From NCBI GenBank assembly GCA_051418015.1, contig JBPRGF010000026.1:1-64000 (forward strand): 64,000 bases of DNA. Reading direction: 5' to 3'. Position numbers and translations under genes: made by a program. The notes below the pieces were generated by a model. That model was not told where the DNA came from. It saw nothing but the letters and a program-made list of their open reading frames with translations, and did no database searches. This document shows positions 9,180-20,658 of the stretch, piece by piece. Every line of letters starts with the position of its first letter. Position 1 is the stretch's first letter. The DNA is from Candidatus Nitrospinota bacterium M3_3B_026 (GTDB taxonomy: Bacteria > Nitrospinota_A > UBA7883 > JBPRGF01).

Positions 9180-9953
9180 ATGGGCCAGAAAGTTCACCCC
9201 ATAGGTTTCAGGCTGGGCACTATCCGCAACTGGTCTTCGAACTGGTTCGCCGAGGGGCCCTACGCCGACAACCTCCACAGCGACATCAGGATCCGCGGTT
9301 TCATCAAGAACGCGCTTTATCACGCCGGGATAGGCGACATCCAGATGGAGCGCAAGGGCAAGCAGCTCAAGATAAACATATTCGCCGCCCGGCCCGGGAT
9401 CATCATCGGCAAGAAGGGTCAGGAGGTCGACAGGCTCAAGGGCCGGCTCCAGAAGATGCTCCCCGGCAAGGAGATATTCATCAATATAAAAGAGGTCAGG
9501 AAGCCCGAGATCAACGCCCAGCTCGTAGCCGAGAACATCGCCACGCAGCTTGTGCGCAGGGTGGCTTTTCGCCGGGCGATGAAGAAGGCCGTGTCCACGG
9601 CCATGCGTTTTGGCGCCAAGGGCATCCGCGTGCGTTGCGGCGGCAGGCTGGCGGGGGCCGAGATCGCCCGGACGGAGTGGTATCACGAGGGCCGCGTCCC
9701 CCTTCACACCATACGGGCGGACATAGACTACGGAGTGGCGGAGGCGAAGACCACCTACGGCGTGATCGGCGTCAAGGTGTGGGTGTACCAGGGCGACATT
9801 TACATCGGCAAGGAGGCCCGCAAGCTGGAGGAGCGGCGGAAGCTGCGCGACCAGAAGCAGATAGAGGAAGCCGTCGAGGCCGCCAGGGCCGACCTCGCCG
9901 CCAAGGCGGCCGGGGAAGGCGGTGAGAAGCCGCCCGAGAAGACCGGGGAGTAG
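9180..9953 (+). CDS. rpsC: 30S ribosomal protein S3
   Basis: [39 protein letters not shown]. Confidence 0.97.
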   Translation: MGQKVHPIGFRLGTIRNWSSNWFAEGPYADNLHSDIRIRGFIKNALYHAGIGDIQMERKGKQLKINIFAARPGIIIGKKGQEVDRLKGRLQKMLPGKEIFINIKEVRKPEINAQLVAENIATQLVRRVAFRRAMKKAVSTAMRFGAKGIRVRCGGRLAGAEIARTEWYHEGRVPLHTIRADIDYGVAEAKTTYGVIGVKVWVYQGDIYIGKEARKLEERRKLRDQKQIEEAVEAARADLAAKAAGEGGEKPPEKTGE

Positions 9954-9965
9954 GAGGACGCGGCC

Positions 9966-10391
9966 ATGTTGATGCCCAAGAAAGTAAAATACAGAAAACG
10001 CCAGAAGGGCAGGAACCGCGGCACGGCCTACCGCGGCGGCTCCATAAGCTTCGGCCGCTACGCCCTGCAGGCCATGGAGCCGGCCCTCGTAAGCGACAGG
10101 CAGATAGAGGCCGCCCGCGTGGCCATAACCCGCCACGTGAAGCGCGGCGGCAAGCTGTGGATCCGCGTTTTCCCGGACAAGCCTTTGTCCAAGAAGCCCG
10201 CCGAGGTCAGGATGGGCAAGGGCAAGGGCTCGCCGGAAAGCTGGGTGGCCCGGGTGAAGCAGGGGAGGATACTCTTCGAGCTGGACGGCGTGGAGCCCGG
10301 CGTGGCCAGGGGCGCCATGAAGAGGGCCTCGCACAAACTCGGCTTCGAGACCCGCTACCTGGACCGGGACGAGAGGAGTTTCGTGATATGA
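9966..10391 (+). CDS. rplP: 50S ribosomal protein L16
   Basis: [26 protein letters not shown]. Confidence 0.97.
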   Translation: MLMPKKVKYRKRQKGRNRGTAYRGGSISFGRYALQAMEPALVSDRQIEAARVAITRHVKRGGKLWIRVFPDKPLSKKPAEVRMGKGKGSPESWVARVKQGRILFELDGVEPGVARGAMKRASHKLGFETRYLDRDERSFVI

Positions 10392-10600
10392 AGGCCGCCG
10401 AGATCAGGGAGCTTTCGGACGAGGAGCTCGCCCGCAGGATGGAGGAGCTGAAAGAGTCGTACATGAAGCTCAGGTTCCAGCATGCCACGGCCCAGCTGGA
10501 CAGCCCGGCCCGGCTCAGGAGCGCCCGCCGGGACATAGCCAGGATAAACACCGAGATGAGCCTGCGCAGGATAAAGGCGGACAAGGCTGGGAAGGAATAG
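10388..10600 (+). CDS. rpmC: 50S ribosomal protein L29
   Basis: [14 protein letters not shown]...[10 protein letters not shown]...RRDIARINT; operon position. Confidence 0.93.
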   Translation: MKAAEIRELSDEELARRMEELKESYMKLRFQHATAQLDSPARLRSARRDIARINTEMSLRRIKADKAGKE

Positions 10601-10606
10601 GAGACC

Positions 10607-10873
10607 ATGGCGGACAGGAAGAGAGGATTCCCCAAGAGCCGGGTGGGTGTCGTGGTGAGCGACAAGATGGACAAGACCGCCGTGGTCCGGGTGGAGCGGC
10701 GGGTATCGCACCCCATATTCAAGAAGATAGTCACCAGGAGCAAGCGCTACCACGTCCACGACGAGGAGAACGCGCTCCAGGCCGGGGACAAGGTGAGGAT
10801 AGTGGAGACCAGGCCGATGAGCAGGCTGAAGAGGTGGCGTCTCGGGAAGATCCTCGAAAAGAGGCAGGTGTGA
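10607..10873 (+). CDS. rpsQ: 30S ribosomal protein S17
   Basis: [34 protein letters not shown]. Confidence 0.97.
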   Translation: MADRKRGFPKSRVGVVVSDKMDKTAVVRVERRVSHPIFKKIVTRSKRYHVHDEENALQAGDKVRIVETRPMSRLKRWRLGKILEKRQV

Positions 10874-10886
10874 GCGGAGAGCCGTT

Positions 10887-11255
10887 ATGATACAGCTTCA
10901 CAGCACCCTCAGCGTCGCGGACAACTCCGGCGCGAAGAGGGCCCGTTGCATAAAGGTCCTCGGGGGAAGCCATAAAAGGTACGCCAGGATCGGAGACATA
11001 ATCAAGGTCTCCGTCATAGAGGCCGCCCCCAACAGCAACATAAAAAAAGGGACGGTGAAAAACGCCGTCGTGGTCAGGATGAAAAAGGAAATCCGGCGCG
11101 GCAACGGCACCTACGTCAAGTTCGACAACAACGCCGCCGTGCTGGTTGACGACTCGAAGGAGATGATCGGCACCCGCATATTCGGCCCCGTGGGGCGCGA
11201 GCTGCGGTCCAGGAAGTTCATGAAGATCATATCCCTTGCCCCGGAGGTGCTGTGA
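10887..11255 (+). CDS. rplN: 50S ribosomal protein L14
   Basis: MIQ...[33 protein letters not shown]. Confidence 0.97.
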   Translation: MIQLHSTLSVADNSGAKRARCIKVLGGSHKRYARIGDIIKVSVIEAAPNSNIKKGTVKNAVVVRMKKEIRRGNGTYVKFDNNAAVLVDDSKEMIGTRIFGPVGRELRSRKFMKIISLAPEVL

Positions 11256-11596
11256 TGAGCGCGGGAGAGAAAAGTAAGATGAGCATCCGGAAGGACGACA
11301 TCGTGGTCGTGACGTCCGGCGCCGAGAAGGGCAAGAAGGGCCGGGTGATCGAGGCTATCCCGTCGCGGGACCGCGTGGTGGTGGAGAAGGTCAACGTGAT
11401 AAAGCGCCACATGCGCCCCAACCCCCGGCAGCGGGAGGGGGGCATAGTGGAGCGCGAGGCGCCGATACACGTCAGCGCCGTCAGCATCTTCTGCCCCAAG
11501 TGCGACCGGCCGGTGAGGATAAGCCACAAGCGGCTGGAGGACGGCCGGAAAGTCAGGATTTGCCGCAAGTGCGGCGAAATGTTCGATATCGTGTAA
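11252..11596 (+). CDS. rplX: 50S ribosomal protein L24
   Basis: [40 protein letters not shown]; exact start uncertain. Confidence 0.93.
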   Translation: MMSAGEKSKMSIRKDDIVVVTSGAEKGKKGRVIEAIPSRDRVVVEKVNVIKRHMRPNPRQREGGIVEREAPIHVSAVSIFCPKCDRPVRISHKRLEDGRKVRICRKCGEMFDIV

Positions 11597-11608
11597 GCGG
11601 GACACGCC

Positions 11609-12148
11609 ATGTCAACGTTGAAAGAAAAATACCACAAGGAAATAATCCCGGCCCTCATGGAGGAGTTCGGGTACAGGAACGTGATGCAGGCGCCCCGGCT
11701 GGAGAAGATAACTCTCAACATGGGTCTGGGCGAGGCGACGGCGAATCCGAAGGCGCTGGATAACGGCGTCTACACCCTGACCACGATATCCGGCCAGAAG
11801 CCGGTGGTGACCCGCGCCAGGAAGGCCATATCGAACTTCAAGCTCCGCGCCGGGGTGGGGATAGGCGTCATGGTGACTCTCCGGGGCGAGAGGATGTACG
11901 AGTTTCTGGAGAGGCTGATAACCGCCGCCATCCCCAGGATAAGGGATTTCAAGGGAGTCTCCGGGAAGGCCTTCGACGGCCACGGCAACTATACCCTGGG
12001 GATAAAGGAGCAGCTCATATTCCCCGAGATAGACTACGACAAGGTGGAGAAGGTCAACGGGCTTAACATCTCCATAATCACGACGGCGGAGACCGACGCC
12101 GAGGGCAAGAGCCTCCTGCGCCGTCTCGGGATGCCGTTTAGAAACTGA
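11609..12148 (+). CDS. rplE: 50S ribosomal protein L5
   Basis: [35 protein letters not shown]. Confidence 0.97.
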   Translation: MSTLKEKYHKEIIPALMEEFGYRNVMQAPRLEKITLNMGLGEATANPKALDNGVYTLTTISGQKPVVTRARKAISNFKLRAGVGIGVMVTLRGERMYEFLERLITAAIPRIRDFKGVSGKAFDGHGNYTLGIKEQLIFPEIDYDKVEKVNGLNISIITTAETDAEGKSLLRRLGMPFRN

Positions 12149-12160
12149 CGGGAGAGGAAA

Positions 12161-12346
12161 GTGGCCAAGAAAAGCATGATCGCCAAGCAGAGGCGCAAAC
12201 CGAAGTTCAGTACCCGCGCCTACAGCCGGTGCAGGGTCTGCGGCCGGCCCCGGGCTTACCTGAGGAAGTTCCAGATGTGCAGGCTGTGTTTCAGGAAGCT
12301 CGCGCTCGAGGGGATGATCCCCGGCGTGACCAAGAGCAGCTGGTGA
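12161..12346 (+). CDS. rpsN: 30S ribosomal protein S14, short zinc-binding (type Z) form
   Basis: 61 aa; RCRVCGRPR...MCRLCFR...IPGVTKSSW. Confidence 0.96.
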   Translation: MAKKSMIAKQRRKPKFSTRAYSRCRVCGRPRAYLRKFQMCRLCFRKLALEGMIPGVTKSSW

Positions 12347-12362
12347 CGGGCGGAGGCGGGCT

Positions 12363-12758
12363 ATGAGCATGAGCGATCCAATAGCGGATTTTCTGACGAG
12401 GATGAGGAACGCCGTCATGGCTCGGCACGCGAAGGTGACGATACCCTCGTCCAGGATAAAGGCGGAGATGGCCGCGCTGATGAGGCAGGAGGGCTACATC
12501 CGGGATTTCAAGATAATCCAGGACGGCAGGCAGGGCCAGCTTCGCGTATACCTGAAGTATGACGGCGACAGACCCGCCCTGAGCGGCCTGAAGAGGGTGT
12601 CGAAGCCCGGTCTCAGGGTCTACGCCGGGGCGGACGACATCCCGACGGTGCGCAACGGCCTCGGGGCCGCGGTGATATCGACCAACAAGGGGATCATGTC
12701 CGACAGGGAAGCCCGGGAGGCCCATGTCGGCGGCGAGGTCCTGTGTTACATATGGTAG
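12363..12758 (+). CDS. rpsH: 30S ribosomal protein S8
   Basis: DPIADFLTRMRN, RVSKPGLRVY, STNKGIMSD, GGEVLCYIW. Confidence 0.97.
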   Translation: MSMSDPIADFLTRMRNAVMARHAKVTIPSSRIKAEMAALMRQEGYIRDFKIIQDGRQGQLRVYLKYDGDRPALSGLKRVSKPGLRVYAGADDIPTVRNGLGAAVISTNKGIMSDREAREAHVGGEVLCYIW

Positions 12759-12770
12759 GGTTTTAGCGTC

Positions 12771-13310
12771 ATGTCCAGGATAGGCAAAAAGCCGGTAGAC
12801 ATCCCCCAGGGGGTGGAGGTGAAGATAGACGGCGCCACGGTGACCGTCAAGGGCAAGCTCGGCGAGCTGACCCGCGTTTTCCATCCCCGCGTGGCCGTGG
12901 AGAGAGAGGACGACAAGCTCGTGGTGAAGAGGGCTAAGGACGACAGGGAAAGCCGGGCCCTGCACGGTCTTTCCCGGTCGCTGCTCGCCAACATGGTCCA
13001 GGGCGTGGCGGAGGGTTTCAGGAAGACCCTCGTCATCGAGGGCGTGGGATACCGCGTGGCCAAGAAGGGCTCGGGGCTGGAGCTGTCCCTGGGCTACTCC
13101 CACAGCATAAACATGGAAGCGCCCGAAGGCGTGACCTTCGAGACCTCCAAGCCCACGGAGCTTGCGGTCATCGGGGCAGACAAGGAGGTCGTCGGCCAGG
13201 TGGCGGCGAACATCAGGGCGCTGCGCAAGCCGGAGCCTTACAAGGGCAAGGGCATCCGCTACGAGGACGAGCGCGTCCGCCGCAAAGCAGGCAAGGCGGT
13301 CTCAAAATAG
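12771..13310 (+). CDS. rplF: 50S ribosomal protein L6
   Basis: [31 protein letters not shown]. Confidence 0.97.
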   Translation: MSRIGKKPVDIPQGVEVKIDGATVTVKGKLGELTRVFHPRVAVEREDDKLVVKRAKDDRESRALHGLSRSLLANMVQGVAEGFRKTLVIEGVGYRVAKKGSGLELSLGYSHSINMEAPEGVTFETSKPTELAVIGADKEVVGQVAANIRALRKPEPYKGKGIRYEDERVRRKAGKAVSK

Positions 13311-13322
13311 GGTAGTCTGGAT

Positions 13323-13685
13323 ATGAGCAGGATTCTTGACACAAAGAGAAGGCGCAGGCTGGGCAGAAAGGCCAGGGTCCGCGGCAAGGTCCGGGGGACC
13401 GCCGAGAAGCCGCGGGTCACTGTCAGCTTTACGAACAGGAACGTCATCGCCCAGATGATAGACGACACGTCCGGCAGGACGCTGGCCTTCGTCTCCACCA
13501 TGGGCGCCGGGGCCGGGACCCGCGGCAAGAACATGGCCGCCGCCCGCTGGGCCGGCGTGGCCCTGGCGGAGGCCGCCCTGGGTCTTGGGATCAAAAGCGC
13601 CGTGTTCGACCGGAACGGCCGCGTTTACCACGGCAAGGTCAGGGAGATTGCGGACGCCATGCGCGAAAAAGGGATATCAATGTGA
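13323..13685 (+). CDS. rplR: 50S ribosomal protein L18
   Basis: GTAEKPR, AQMIDD, VFDRNG..YHGKV; operon position. Confidence 0.93.
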   Translation: MSRILDTKRRRRLGRKARVRGKVRGTAEKPRVTVSFTNRNVIAQMIDDTSGRTLAFVSTMGAGAGTRGKNMAAARWAGVALAEAALGLGIKSAVFDRNGRVYHGKVREIADAMREKGISM

Positions 13686-14242
13686 GTGAAGCGAAAAAGA
13701 CGCGCCGCCCGAGGCGCGAGGAGCAGGCCGAGGGCCGGGACAGGGATCTTGTCGACAAGGTCATACACATAAACCGCGTCGCCAAGGTGGTCAAGGGCGG
13801 CCGGCGTTTCTCATTCTCCGCCCTCGTGGTTGTGGGCGACAAGGCGGGGACGGTGGGAGTCGGCGCCGGCAAGGCCAACGAGGTGCCCGAGGCCATAAGG
13901 AAAGCCGTGGCCAACGCCAAGAAAAACTCCATGAAGATATACCTTCAGGACACCACCATTCCGTACCAGGTTACGGGCCACTTCGGCGCCGGGAGGGTTC
14001 TGTTGAAGCCGGCCTCCCGGGGGACCGGGGTGATCGCCGGCGGGGCCGTGCGCGCCATCCTGGAGGTGGCCGGGGTGAGGGATATCCTCACCAAGTCGCT
14101 CGGCACGTCCAACCAGTTCAACATGGCGCGGGCCACCATGGAAGGTCTCGGGCAACTGGAGAACCCGAAAACGATCAGGAAAGCCCGGGGTATTGAGACA
14201 GAGCCTGAAACGGACGAAAAAGATGAAGCTGCATACGCTTAA
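13682..14242 (+). CDS. rpsE: 30S ribosomal protein S5
   Basis: [32 protein letters not shown]. Confidence 0.97.
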   Translation: MSEAKKTRRPRREEQAEGRDRDLVDKVIHINRVAKVVKGGRRFSFSALVVVGDKAGTVGVGAGKANEVPEAIRKAVANAKKNSMKIYLQDTTIPYQVTGHFGAGRVLLKPASRGTGVIAGGAVRAILEVAGVRDILTKSLGTSNQFNMARATMEGLGQLENPKTIRKARGIETEPETDEKDEAAYA

Positions 14243-14660
14243 AACCCCCAAAGGGGCGAGGAAAAACAGCAAAAGAGTCGGCCGCGGGATAGGATCCGGC
14301 AGCGGCAAAACCAGCGGCAGGGGCCACAAGGGCCAGAAGTCCAGGTCCGGCGGCTCCATAGCGCGCGGGTTCGAGGGCGGCCAGATGCCGCTGGCCCGCC
14401 GGCTGCCCAAGTTCGGGTTTACCAACATATTCCGCGAGGAGTACGCCATCGTCAACCTGGACACCCTCTCCCGGCTGGGGCTCGAGGGGGAGATAACCCC
14501 CGAGGTTCTCGTGGAGAAGGGCGTCATCAGGAAGAATAGAAAGCTCAAAGTTCTGGGCAGGGGCGAGGCGCCGAAATCCGTCACCGTAACGGCGTCCAAG
14601 TTCTCCAAAACCGCCGTCGAGAAGATAGAGAAGGCCGGCGGGAAAACCCAGGTGGCCTGA
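14223..14660 (+). CDS. rplO: 50S ribosomal protein L15
   Basis: [42 protein letters not shown]. Confidence 0.97.
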   Translation: MKLHTLKTPKGARKNSKRVGRGIGSGSGKTSGRGHKGQKSRSGGSIARGFEGGQMPLARRLPKFGFTNIFREEYAIVNLDTLSRLGLEGEITPEVLVEKGVIRKNRKLKVLGRGEAPKSVTVTASKFSKTAVEKIEKAGGKTQVA

Positions 14661-14662
14661 AA

Positions 14663-15982
14663 GTGATCGGCCAGGCTCTCGGCGGCATAAGCAAGATCCC
14701 CGAGCTTCGCAACAGGATACTGTTCACGCTTGGGATGCTGTTCGTGTTCCGGGTCGGCTCCCACATCCCCGTCCCCGGCGTGGACACCCAGACTCTGGCC
14801 GACTTTTTCCGGAACATGGCTGGGACGATGTTCCAGTTTTTCGACATGTTCACGGGGTCCAACTTTTCCCGGGCCACGATATTCGCCCTGGGGATAATGC
14901 CCTACATAAGCTCGTCGATCATCCTGCAGCTGCTCACCGTGGCCGTGCCGAAGCTTGAGAAACTGAAAAAAGAGGGCGAGGCCGGGCAGAAGAAGATCAC
15001 CCAGTACACCCGCTACGGCACGGTTGTCCTGGCGGCGGTGCAGTCCATGGGGATAGCCTTTTGGCTGGAGGCGCTGCAGTCCCCCGGCGGTCAACTGGCG
15101 GTAGTCTCGCCCGGGTGGGGTTTCCGTCTCACCACCGTGATCACGATGGTGGCGGGGACGGCGTTTTTGATGTGGCTCGGCGAGCAGATAACCGAGCGGG
15201 GGATAGGCAACGGCATCTCGCTGATAATATTCGCCGGCATCGTGGCCGACATGCCCACGGCGATCTTCCAGACCCTGCAGATGATAAGCATAGGCCAGCT
15301 CAACGCCGTGCTGATGGCCGCCCTCACGGCGCTGATGGTGGTGGTGATCGCGGCGATAGTCTTCATGGAGGCCAGCCAGCGCAGGCTCACCATCCAGTAC
15401 GCCAAGCGCATGGTGGGGCGGCGCATGACCGCGCCGGTGCAGTCGCACCTGCCGTTGAAGGTGAACACCTCCGGGGTGATCCCGCCCATTTTCGCCTCGT
15501 CCATAATCATGTTCCCGGCGACGATCCTGAACTTCATGGACCGCGAGAGCATGCCCTGGATAGGCTACGCCGCGGACATGCTCCGGCCCGGCAATTTCTT
15601 CTACGAGGTCATATACGTGGCGGCGATATTCTTTTTCTGCTTTTTCTATACCGCCATAATCTTCAACCCCTCCGACGTGGCGGAGAACCTGAAAAAACAG
15701 AACGGCCATATCCCCGGCATCCGGCCGGGCCACCCCACGGCGGAGTACATAGACAAGGTTCTCTCCCGTCTCACCTTCACCGGGGCAGTCTACCTGTCCG
15801 CGGTTTGCGTGATACCGGACATTCTCATATCCCAGCTCAACGTGCCCTTTTATTTCGGCGGCACCGGCCTGCTCATCGTGGTGGGCGTGGGGATGGACAC
15901 GATGTCCCAGGTGGAGTCGCACCTGGTGATGCGGCACTACGAGGGGCTCGTGCGCAAAGGCGGCCTGCGCGGCCGGCGTTGA
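14663..15982 (+). CDS. secY: preprotein translocase SecY
   Basis: IFALGIMPYISSSII, WLGEQITERGIGNGISL, IPGIRPG, FGGTGLLIVVGV. Confidence 0.97.
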   Translation: MIGQALGGISKIPELRNRILFTLGMLFVFRVGSHIPVPGVDTQTLADFFRNMAGTMFQFFDMFTGSNFSRATIFALGIMPYISSSIILQLLTVAVPKLEKLKKEGEAGQKKITQYTRYGTVVLAAVQSMGIAFWLEALQSPGGQLAVVSPGWGFRLTTVITMVAGTAFLMWLGEQITERGIGNGISLIIFAGIVADMPTAIFQTLQMISIGQLNAVLMAALTALMVVVIAAIVFMEASQRRLTIQYAKRMVGRRMTAPVQSHLPLKVNTSGVIPPIFASSIIMFPATILNFMDRESMPWIGYAADMLRPGNFFYEVIYVAAIFFFCFFYTAIIFNPSDVAENLKKQNGHIPGIRPGHPTAEYIDKVLSRLTFTGAVYLSAVCVIPDILISQLNVPFYFGGTGLLIVVGVGMDTMSQVESHLVMRHYEGLVRKGGLRGRR

Positions 15983-16002
15983 ACATCAAAGGAGAGTGAG
16001 CG

Positions 16003-16647
16003 ATGAGGATAATCATGCTGGGCCCGCCGGGGGCCGGGAAGGGGACACAGGCCAAGATCGTCATAGACAAGTACGGGATTCCGCAGATATCCACCGGCGA
16101 CATACTCCGCCAGGCCGTGACCTCCCAGACAGAGATGGGCAGGAAGGCCAAGGCCTACATGGACGCTGGCGAGCTCGTGCCGGACGATGTGGTGATAGGG
16201 ATAATAAACGACAGGCTCAGCCAGCCGGACTGCCAGGAGGGGTTCATACTCGACGGGTTCCCCAGAACCCTGGCCCAGGCCGAGGCGCTCACCGAGGCGC
16301 TGTCGGCCAAGGGGATGGACATCGACTACGTGATAGACCTCAAGGTGGCCCCGGAGAACCTCGTAAAACGCCTCACCGGCCGGCGCACCTGCGAAAAATG
16401 CGGCCAGATGTACCATGTCGAGTTCAGCCCCCCCAGGGCGGAGGGGGTCTGCGACAAGTGCGGCGGCGCGCTCTATCAGCGCGACGACGACAAGGAGGAG
16501 ACCATCCTCAAACGGTTCGACGTCTACAGCCAGCAGGCTGGCGCGCTCCAGGAGTATTACTCGGGATCGGGCAAGTACAAAGCCATCGACGGCGAACAGC
16601 CGATCGACAGGATCAGCGGGGACATCCTGGCCACACTGGAGCCCTGA
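16003..16647 (+). CDS. adk: adenylate kinase (zinc lid)
   Basis: GPPGAGKGTQ, STGDILR, LDGFPRT, CEKC/CDKC lid. Confidence 0.97.
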   Translation: MRIIMLGPPGAGKGTQAKIVIDKYGIPQISTGDILRQAVTSQTEMGRKAKAYMDAGELVPDDVVIGIINDRLSQPDCQEGFILDGFPRTLAQAEALTEALSAKGMDIDYVIDLKVAPENLVKRLTGRRTCEKCGQMYHVEFSPPRAEGVCDKCGGALYQRDDDKEETILKRFDVYSQQAGALQEYYSGSGKYKAIDGEQPIDRISGDILATLEP

Positions 16648-16696
16648 GAGGCCGCGTGTCCACCGGGCGTGAAACGGGCGGGGCGGCCAGGCGGCG

Positions 16697-17449
16697 ATGG
16701 CGATAAACTACCGGTCCAGCGATGAGATCGAGCTTTTGCGAACCGCCAACAGGATCGTCGTGGCGGCCCACAGGAGGCTCGAGGAGATACTGGCCCCCGG
16801 CGTCAACACCATAAAGCTCGACAGAGCCGCCGAGGAGGTTATAAGAGACCTTGGCGGCAGACCGTCGTTCAAGGGGTACAGAGGGTTCCCGAACACCCTG
16901 TGCGTGGCGATAAACGACCAGGTGGTGCACGGCATTCCGGACAAGAGGGAACTCCGCGACGGCGACATCGTGGGGCTTGATCTCGGCGTGGAATACAAGG
17001 GCTACTACGGCGACGCCGCCCAGACCCTCCCCGTGGGGGAGGTGTCCGAAAAGGCGTCCAGGCTCATGAGGGTGAGCCGCGAGGCCCTCTGGAAGGGGAT
17101 AGAGGCGATCCGCCCCGGCGGGAGGCTTTCGGACATATCCCACGCCATACAGACCCACGCCGAGGCGGCGGGATATTCGGTCGTCAGGGCCTTCGTGGGG
17201 CATGGCATAGGGTCAAGCCCCCACGAGGATCCGCAGGTGCCGAACTTCGGCCGGCCCGGCCGCGGCCCCGCCCTGAGAAAGGGTATGGTGCTGGCCATAG
17301 AGCCCATGGTCAACGAGGGCGGGTCCGACGTGGAAATATTGGAGGACAAGTGGACCGTGCGGACCGTGGACGGGTCTCTTTCGGCCCATTTCGAGCACTC
17401 CGTGGCCGTCACCGATGACGGGCGCGACGTTTTGAGCGTTTTTGACTGA
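16697..17449 (+). CDS. map: methionine aminopeptidase type I
   Basis: VVHGIP, GHGIG, HEDPQV, AIEPM, SAHFEHS. Confidence 0.96.
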   Translation: MAINYRSSDEIELLRTANRIVVAAHRRLEEILAPGVNTIKLDRAAEEVIRDLGGRPSFKGYRGFPNTLCVAINDQVVHGIPDKRELRDGDIVGLDLGVEYKGYYGDAAQTLPVGEVSEKASRLMRVSREALWKGIEAIRPGGRLSDISHAIQTHAEAAGYSVVRAFVGHGIGSSPHEDPQVPNFGRPGRGPALRKGMVLAIEPMVNEGGSDVEILEDKWTVRTVDGSLSAHFEHSVAVTDDGRDVLSVFD

Positions 17450-17457
17450 ATTTTAGT

Positions 17458-17523
17458 TTGGACAATCCGGAGATTTCTGTTAGTATTATTAATTTTCGAC
17501 GAGAGCGCCGCTTTCCAGCGGCG
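17458..17523 (+). promoter_or_regulatory. internal promoter and leader hairpin upstream of rpmJ
   Basis: TTGGAC-N17-TAGTAT with TG extension; perfect 7-bp hairpin CGCCGCT-TTCC-AGCGGCG (17506-17523). Confidence 0.55.
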
Positions 17524-17534
17524 GATGGATGGTC

Positions 17535-17648
17535 ATGAAAGTAAGAGCCTCGGTAAAGCCGATCTGCGACAAGTGCAAGGTGATAAAGCGCGGGGGCATA
17601 GTGCGCGTCATCTGCGAGAACCCGAAGCACAAGCAGCGGCAGGGGTGA
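17535..17648 (+). CDS. rpmJ: 50S ribosomal protein L36 (absent from the ORF track)
   Basis: Hand translation [37 protein letters not shown]. Confidence 0.97.
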   Translation: MKVRASVKPICDKCKVIKRGGIVRVICENPKHKQRQG

Positions 17649-17668
17649 GAACAGGAGGTTTTTGACAT

Positions 17669-18052
17669 ATGGCCCGCATAGCCGGGGTGGACATCCCCAG
17701 GAACAAGAGGATAGAGGTGGCCCTCACCTACATATACGGCATTGGCGCCGCCACGGCCGGGAAGATACTGAGGGAGGCCAACGTGGAAGCCGCCACCAGG
17801 GTGCGGGACCTCACGGACCAGGACATAACGCACCTGCGGAACATAATAGAGAAGCAGTACAAGGTGGAGGGAGACCTGCGGCGCGAGGTCCAGCTGAACA
17901 TAAAAAGACTGATGGACATAGGCTGTTACAGGGGCCTGCGGCACCGCAAGGGGCTCCCCGCCCGGGGCCAGCGGACCAGGACCAATGCCAGGACGCGCAA
18001 AGGCCCCGCCAAGACGGCGGTGTCCGGCCGCAGGAAAGAGCAGAAGAAGTAG
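17669..18052 (+). CDS. rpsM: 30S ribosomal protein S13
   Basis: [32 protein letters not shown]. Confidence 0.97.
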   Translation: MARIAGVDIPRNKRIEVALTYIYGIGAATAGKILREANVEAATRVRDLTDQDITHLRNIIEKQYKVEGDLRREVQLNIKRLMDIGCYRGLRHRKGLPARGQRTRTNARTRKGPAKTAVSGRRKEQKK

Positions 18053-18082
18053 CCACAGACACGAGGCGTCACGACAAAGACC

Positions 18083-18478
18083 ATGACGGATAAAAAGAAG
18101 ACTACAGCATCAAAAAAGAGGCTCAAGAAGGTGGGCGCGAACGGCATCGCCCACGTGAAATCCACCTTCAACAACACCATCATCACGATAACCGACCCCG
18201 CGGGGAACACGGTGGCGTGGGCCTCCGCCGGGGGCCAGGGGTTCAAGGGCTCCCGCAAGAGCACCCCTTTCGCCGCGCAGACCGCCGCGGAGAACGCGGC
18301 GCGGAAGGCGATGGACATGGGCATGAGGAAGGTGGAAGTCTATATAAAAGGCCCCGGCAGCGGGCGCGAGGCGGCGGTAAGGTCGCTGCAGGCGGCGGGG
18401 CTGGAGGTTGAGCTGATAAAGGACGTAACGCCGATACCGCACAACGGGTGCCGGCCTTCCAAGCGCAGAAGGGTGTGA
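18083..18478 (+). CDS. rpsK: 30S ribosomal protein S11
   Basis: [33 protein letters not shown]. Confidence 0.97.
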   Translation: MTDKKKTTASKKRLKKVGANGIAHVKSTFNNTIITITDPAGNTVAWASAGGQGFKGSRKSTPFAAQTAAENAARKAMDMGMRKVEVYIKGPGSGREAAVRSLQAAGLEVELIKDVTPIPHNGCRPSKRRRV

Positions 18479-18517
18479 GGCGGGCTGGAGCCGGCGTTTT
18501 GACAGGAGGATAGGGTT

Positions 18518-19144
18518 TTGGCGAGGTACAACGGATCCGTCTGCAGGCTGTGCAGGCGCGAAGGCATGAAGCTTTTCCTCAAGGGGGAGCGGTGCCTTTC
18601 CAAGAAATGCTCCATAGAGCGAAGGAGCTATCCCCCCGGCGAGGCGGGCCAGAGGAGGATAAAGCTCAAGGAATACGGAATGCAGTTGCGGGAGAAGCAG
18701 AAGGTCAAGCGCGTCTACGGCGTCCTGGAAAAACAGTTCCGCGGATACTTCCACAGGGCGGACAGGTCGAAAGGCGTGACTGGCGAGACGCTGCTTCAGC
18801 TGCTGGAGGAGAGGCTCGACAACGCCGTCCTGAAGCTCGGCTTCGCCAGCAGCCGCCCCCAGGCCCGGCAGTTGATCCGACACAACCATTTCATGGTGAA
18901 CGGGCGCAAGGTCAACATCCCGTCGTACCGCGTGAAGAAAGGCGACGTCATCGAGGTCCGCGAGAAAAGCAGGAAGATCGACGCCATCAGGGAGTCCGTG
19001 GAGAACATCTCCGACAAGCAGATACCCGAGTGGCTCACCCTGGATCGCGATGCGATGCGGGGCGTGGTCCAGGACGAGCCCTCCCGGGAAAGCATACAGA
19101 TGCCGATACAGGAGCAGCTCATAGTCGAGCTCTACTCCAAGTAG
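18518..19144 (+). CDS. rpsD: 30S ribosomal protein S4
   Basis: [39 protein letters not shown] start. Confidence 0.97.
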   Translation: MARYNGSVCRLCRREGMKLFLKGERCLSKKCSIERRSYPPGEAGQRRIKLKEYGMQLREKQKVKRVYGVLEKQFRGYFHRADRSKGVTGETLLQLLEERLDNAVLKLGFASSRPQARQLIRHNHFMVNGRKVNIPSYRVKKGDVIEVREKSRKIDAIRESVENISDKQIPEWLTLDRDAMRGVVQDEPSRESIQMPIQEQLIVELYSK

Positions 19145-19174
19145 GCTCGCCTTTTGAACGATGAAGGAGGTTAC

Positions 19175-20191
19175 ATGATAGCGGCTTGGCAGGGTCTTGT
19201 AAGGCCCAAGAAGCTGGAGTATGACCAGAAAAGGCGCACGGACACCTACTCCGTTTTCCACGCCGAGCCCTTCGAGCGCGGGTTCGGGATAACCATTGGC
19301 AACTCGCTCCGGAGGCTCCTTCTTTCCTCGATCCCCGGGTCCGCCGTCGTGGCGGTGAAATTCGAGGGCGTGAGCCACGAGTTCTCCACCATCGACGGTG
19401 TTGTGGAGGACGTCGCGGAGATAATATTGAACCTGAAGAGCCTGATACTCCGCAAGGATGGGGACGAGGACAGGACCATCACCCTGAGCGCCTCCGGCAA
19501 GGGCGACGTCACCGCCGCCGATATCGAGGCGCCGCCCCAGGTGCGGATACTGAACCCCGACCTCCACATCGCCACGCTGACCGAGGAGAAGGCGAAGCTG
19601 GAGGCAGAGATGATCATCCGCTCCGGCCGGGGGTATTCCCCCGCGGAGATGAACGCGGATCCCTCCTGGGACATATCGGTGATCCCCATAGACGCCGTTT
19701 TCTCGCCCGTGACGAAGGTGGCCTTCCGCGTGGAGAAGACAAGGGTGGAGCAGTCCAGCGACTATGACAAGCTCATAATGGAGGTGACGACCAACGGGGC
19801 CATCAGGCCGGACGACGCCGTGGCCCTGGCCGCCAAGAACATGAAGGAGCACCTGCAGATATTCATAAACTTCAACGAGGAGCAGGAGCCCCAGACGAAG
19901 GCGGTGAACGAGGACAAGCTCAGGGTCGCCAGGAACCTGAGGAAAAGCGTGGACGAGCTGGAGCTTTCGGTGCGCTCCTACAACTGCCTGAAGAACGCGA
20001 ACATCAAGACCATCATGGAGCTTGTGACCAAGACCGACGCCGAGATGCTCAAGACCCGCAACTTCGGCCGCAAGTCCCTCAATGAGATCAAGGAGATCCT
20101 GACGGATATGGGGCTGCGTCTCGGGATGAACGTGGACCAGTACAAGGAGGAGCTTTCCCTGCTGGAGCAGGGTCAGCCCGGCAGCGCCTGA
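19175..20191 (+). CDS. rpoA: RNA polymerase alpha subunit
   Basis: [47 protein letters not shown]. Confidence 0.97.
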   Translation: MIAAWQGLVRPKKLEYDQKRRTDTYSVFHAEPFERGFGITIGNSLRRLLLSSIPGSAVVAVKFEGVSHEFSTIDGVVEDVAEIILNLKSLILRKDGDEDRTITLSASGKGDVTAADIEAPPQVRILNPDLHIATLTEEKAKLEAEMIIRSGRGYSPAEMNADPSWDISVIPIDAVFSPVTKVAFRVEKTRVEQSSDYDKLIMEVTTNGAIRPDDAVALAAKNMKEHLQIFINFNEEQEPQTKAVNEDKLRVARNLRKSVDELELSVRSYNCLKNANIKTIMELVTKTDAEMLKTRNFGRKSLNEIKEILTDMGLRLGMNVDQYKEELSLLEQGQPGSA

Positions 20192-20207
20192 TCCGGTTTG
20201 AGAGAGC

Positions 20208-20621
20208 ATGAGACATCTTAAGAAGAAAAAAAGGTTCAGCAGGACCACGAGCCACAGCAAGGCCATGTTCCGCAACATGGTCACATCCCTGCTGGAGTTC
20301 GAGAGGATAACGACTACGGAGCCGAAAGCGAAGGCGCTCCGGGGCCACGCTGAGCGGATGATCACCCTCGGCAAGAAGGGAACCCTCGCCCACCGCAGGC
20401 GCGCCCTGGCGTTCGTGCGGAGCAAGGAGGCCGTCGCCAAGCTTTTCGGCGGCCTTGCCGAGCGGTACAAGGACAGGCCGGGCGGATACACCCGTATCTA
20501 CAAGCTGGGGCGCCGGGCGGGCGACAACGCCCCCATGGCGGTCATCGAGCTCGTGGACAGGGACCCTTCGGCCATGCCGCGCAAGCGAACCCGCAGGATA
20601 CCGGCCGAAGAGCAGGCCTGA
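20208..20621 (+). CDS. rplQ: 50S ribosomal protein L17
   Basis: [32 protein letters not shown]. Confidence 0.97.
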   Translation: MRHLKKKKRFSRTTSHSKAMFRNMVTSLLEFERITTTEPKAKALRGHAERMITLGKKGTLAHRRRALAFVRSKEAVAKLFGGLAERYKDRPGGYTRIYKLGRRAGDNAPMAVIELVDRDPSAMPRKRTRRIPAEEQA

Positions 20622-20658
20622 CCGGCCTGCGTCTCACCGGCGCAAAAAAAGAGAGAGG

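Noticed and set aside
11252..19144. Zinc-binding forms of L24, S14, L36, S4 and Adk
   Set aside because: Common ancestral state in many phyla; not unusual
8568..20491. Many long antisense or alternate-frame ORFs (588, 708, 793 aa and others)
   Set aside because: Shadow ORFs expected opposite GC3-rich genes; no motifs; they fully overlap well-identified genes
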